64,000 nucleotides of DNA from an uncultured Anaerolineales bacterium (GTDB taxonomy: Bacteria > Chloroflexota > Anaerolineae > CG2-30-64-16). The first letter of the stretch is position 1. Each line of letters starts with the position of its first letter. The stretch spans positions 13,555-77,554 of the forward strand of contig CAZTMA010000004.1 in assembly GCA_964614645.1 (NCBI GenBank), read 5' to 3'. The translations under genes and the position numbers were made by a program. Below the pieces are notes generated by a model, which saw only the letters and a list, made by a program, of their open reading frames with translations, was not told where the DNA came from and did not search any database. This document shows, piece by piece, positions 62,521-64,000 of the stretch.

Positions 62521-63291
62521 TTATTCCTCGCAGAACGCCAGTCCCGTTCCCACCCGGTTGAATCCTGCGCGCTGGTAGACCCGGCTCGCCGCATCATCCG
62601 CGGCGGTCAGAAATGCTGTGTGCACCCCTTCATCGAGCAACTGGCGCGCCATCGCCGCAGTGACTGCGCCTGCGATGCCCTGCCGCCGGTATTCCGGCAG
62701 CGTCGCGATGCCCACCAACTCGCTGAACCCCTCCAGCGGTACCATGTATGCGCCGACGCCGACGGGCGCTCCGTCCAACAGCGCGAGAGTGTACCCGCTG
62801 CCCAGACGCAGCCGGCGGCGCAGGTCCGCGATCCGCTCCGCGTTCACCTCGCGGCCGTCGCCGCCAAACCCCCGGCTGCTTACGGTGATTTGCGCTGCCA
62901 GATACGTTTCCGGTGAGTCTGCCGTCAACCGCAGAATCTCCAGTCCCTCCGGTCCAGGCACAGCCCGCCATGTCTCCTGCGTACAAACCAGCAGCGGGGT
63001 CTCGCTCTCAAGGGGCACACCCAGACCCTCTAACAGCCCGCGCAGCATCGGCGTGTACTCATGGATAAATTCGAACCGCATCACCCGCCCCTGCATCGCA
63101 AATGCCACGCGCAGGCGCGCCAGGTCGTCATGGCTCAACGCTTCGACCGGAATATCCGGGATGGCGTAGTTGAAGAAACGGAAGGTGTCGGTCGGGTGGA
63201 TGTAGAGATGAAAAGGCGAGCAGACGACCGTGTTGCGTGTGTGCGCCGAGGCTTTGCGCTGGTAGGACTGGAGTTCGGCAATCGTTGCCAT
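62521..63291 (-). CDS. GNAT family N-acetyltransferase
   Basis: Acetyl-CoA-binding R/QxxGxG/A motif (RRQGIAGAVTAAM); start at MATIAELQ with GGAAGGA SD. Confidence 0.75.
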   Translation of the reverse strand: MATIAELQSYQRKASAHTRNTVVCSPFHLYIHPTDTFRFFNYAIPDIPVEALSHDDLARLRVAFAMQGRVMRFEFIHEYTPMLRGLLEGLGVPLESETPLLVCTQETWRAVPGPEGLEILRLTADSPETYLAAQITVSSRGFGGDGREVNAERIADLRRRLRLGSGYTLALLDGAPVGVGAYMVPLEGFSELVGIATLPEYRRQGIAGAVTAAMARQLLDEGVHTAFLTAADDAASRVYQRAGFNRVGTGLAFCEE

Positions 63292-63313
63292 GCTGGGTTC
63301 CTTCCCGTGTAAA

Positions 63314-63363
63314 GACCTTCGAGGTTGTGCCAACCTGCGGGTTGGCCTGAAACCTCGAAGGTC
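63314..63363 (-). terminator. nested GACCTTCGAGGT hairpin after trxB (second copy of this hairpin family)
   Basis: gaccttcgaggt...acctcgaaggtc outer 12-bp stem, inner gccaacc-tgcg-ggttggc. Confidence 0.55.
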
Positions 63364-63374
63364 CATAATATGCC

Positions 63375-64000
63375 CTATGCGGCCATCTCCACCTCGGTAT
63401 AGGTCTCCTCGCGGCCCGGATAGGTCCGATCCTCCAGGTCGGCCAGGTACTTCTCGACCTCCATTGCCGCGGCCACGCCTTGCCCTGCAGAGGTGGCAGC
63501 CTGCTTGAAACGATGATCCTGGATTTCGCCCGCCGCGAAGATGCCGGGCACGCTCGTGCGCATCAGCTTGTCCGTGATGAGGTAGCCATCCTCATCCATC
63601 TCCAACTTGCCCTGGAACAACTGGTTGTTGGGCAAGTGGCCGATGTAGACAAACACGCCGTCTGTCGGGGTATCGTGGGTCTCCCCGGTCACCAGGTCGC
63701 GCAGCGTGACCGACTCGACCTTGTTCTGGCCGTTGATGCTGGTCACGACCGTGTTCCACACGAACTCGATCTTCGGATTTTCCTTCGTGCGGCGCTGCAA
63801 AGTCGCGCCCGCACGCAACTGGTCGCGGCGGTGCACGATGCGCACGCGCGACGCAAACTTGGTCAGGAACAAGGCTTCCTGCAGCGCACTGTCGCCGCCG
63901 CCGATGACCATAACATCCTTGTTGCGGAAGAAGAAACCGTCACAGGTTGCGCAGTAGCTCACCCCGCGGCCGGTCAGCGGTTCTTCGTCCGGCACGCCCA
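63375..64000 (-). CDS. trxB: thioredoxin-disulfide reductase, 3' portion (gene continues beyond window end)
   Basis: Active-site CATCDG, GGGDSA NADPH motif, C-terminal [10 protein letters not shown]; N-terminus outside window. Confidence 0.85.
   Translation of the reverse strand, partial: GVPDEEPLTGRGVSYCATCDGFFFRNKDVMVIGGGDSALQEALFLTKFASRVRIVHRRDQLRAGATLQRRTKENPKIEFVWNTVVTSINGQNKVESVTLRDLVTGETHDTPTDGVFVYIGHLPNNQLFQGKLEMDEDGYLITDKLMRTSVPGIFAAGEIQDHRFKQAATSAGQGVAAAMEVEKYLADLEDRTYPGREETYTEVEMAA

Overview
High-GC (~65-68%) bacterial chromosomal window with gene content and order typical of a Chloroflexi-like aerobic respiring organism (inferred from ACIII + caa3 oxidase + dcw cluster). Read left to right, it contains:
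(1) A dcw cell-division cluster: murC-murB-ddl-ftsQ-ftsA-ftsZ. ftsA is interrupted by a 1-nt frameshift, and murB carries an in-frame hairpin-repeat insertion.
(2) nrdR followed by a class II (B12-dependent) ribonucleotide reductase, nrdJ, carrying a LAGLIDADG intein in the NPC|GEQ active-site motif.
(3) A secreted PA14-LysM protein.
(4) A sugar-acid/keto-sugar cluster: uxuA-like dehydratase, Hyi-like TIM-barrel isomerase, a Zn-ribbon hypothetical, and a CE7 acetyl-xylan esterase.
(5) A complete Alternative Complex III operon (actABCDEF plus an ActG-like ORF), immediately followed by SCO1 and caa3-type cytochrome c oxidase genes coxBACD.
(6) leuS with a structured leader.
(7) An iron module: a Fur-family regulator fused to a FeoA domain, FeoB, and an 800-aa decaheme c-type cytochrome lipoprotein with a collagen-like (Gly-Pro-Ala)n tether.
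(8) VapBC toxin-antitoxin and YifB/ComM.
(9) A mosaic accessory block: VOC/glyoxalase, a truncated nucleoside hydrolase remnant, cupin, fatty-acid desaturase, DUF1080, PhyH dioxygenase, CBM-like secreted protein, GH29 fucosidase, MFS, DmpA/S58 peptidase, AP-superfamily enzyme, two class II aldolases, and an orphan ABC solute-binding protein.
(10) A UvrD/PcrA helicase carrying a second intein in its VGDEDQ|S motif.
(11) maf, hbd, an aldo-keto reductase, a GNAT, and the 3' part of trxB.
Intergenic spacers (and one coding region) carry several families of small palindromic REP/MITE-like repeats: GGAGT...ACTCC-flanked CTCA/TGAG-loop hairpins, GCCACAGAGG-TIR elements, GACCTTCGAGGT hairpins, and a CAGGTTG heptad mirror repeat. 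No rRNA, tRNA or CRISPR was found. Many long antisense ORFs in the track are GC-driven shadow ORFs.
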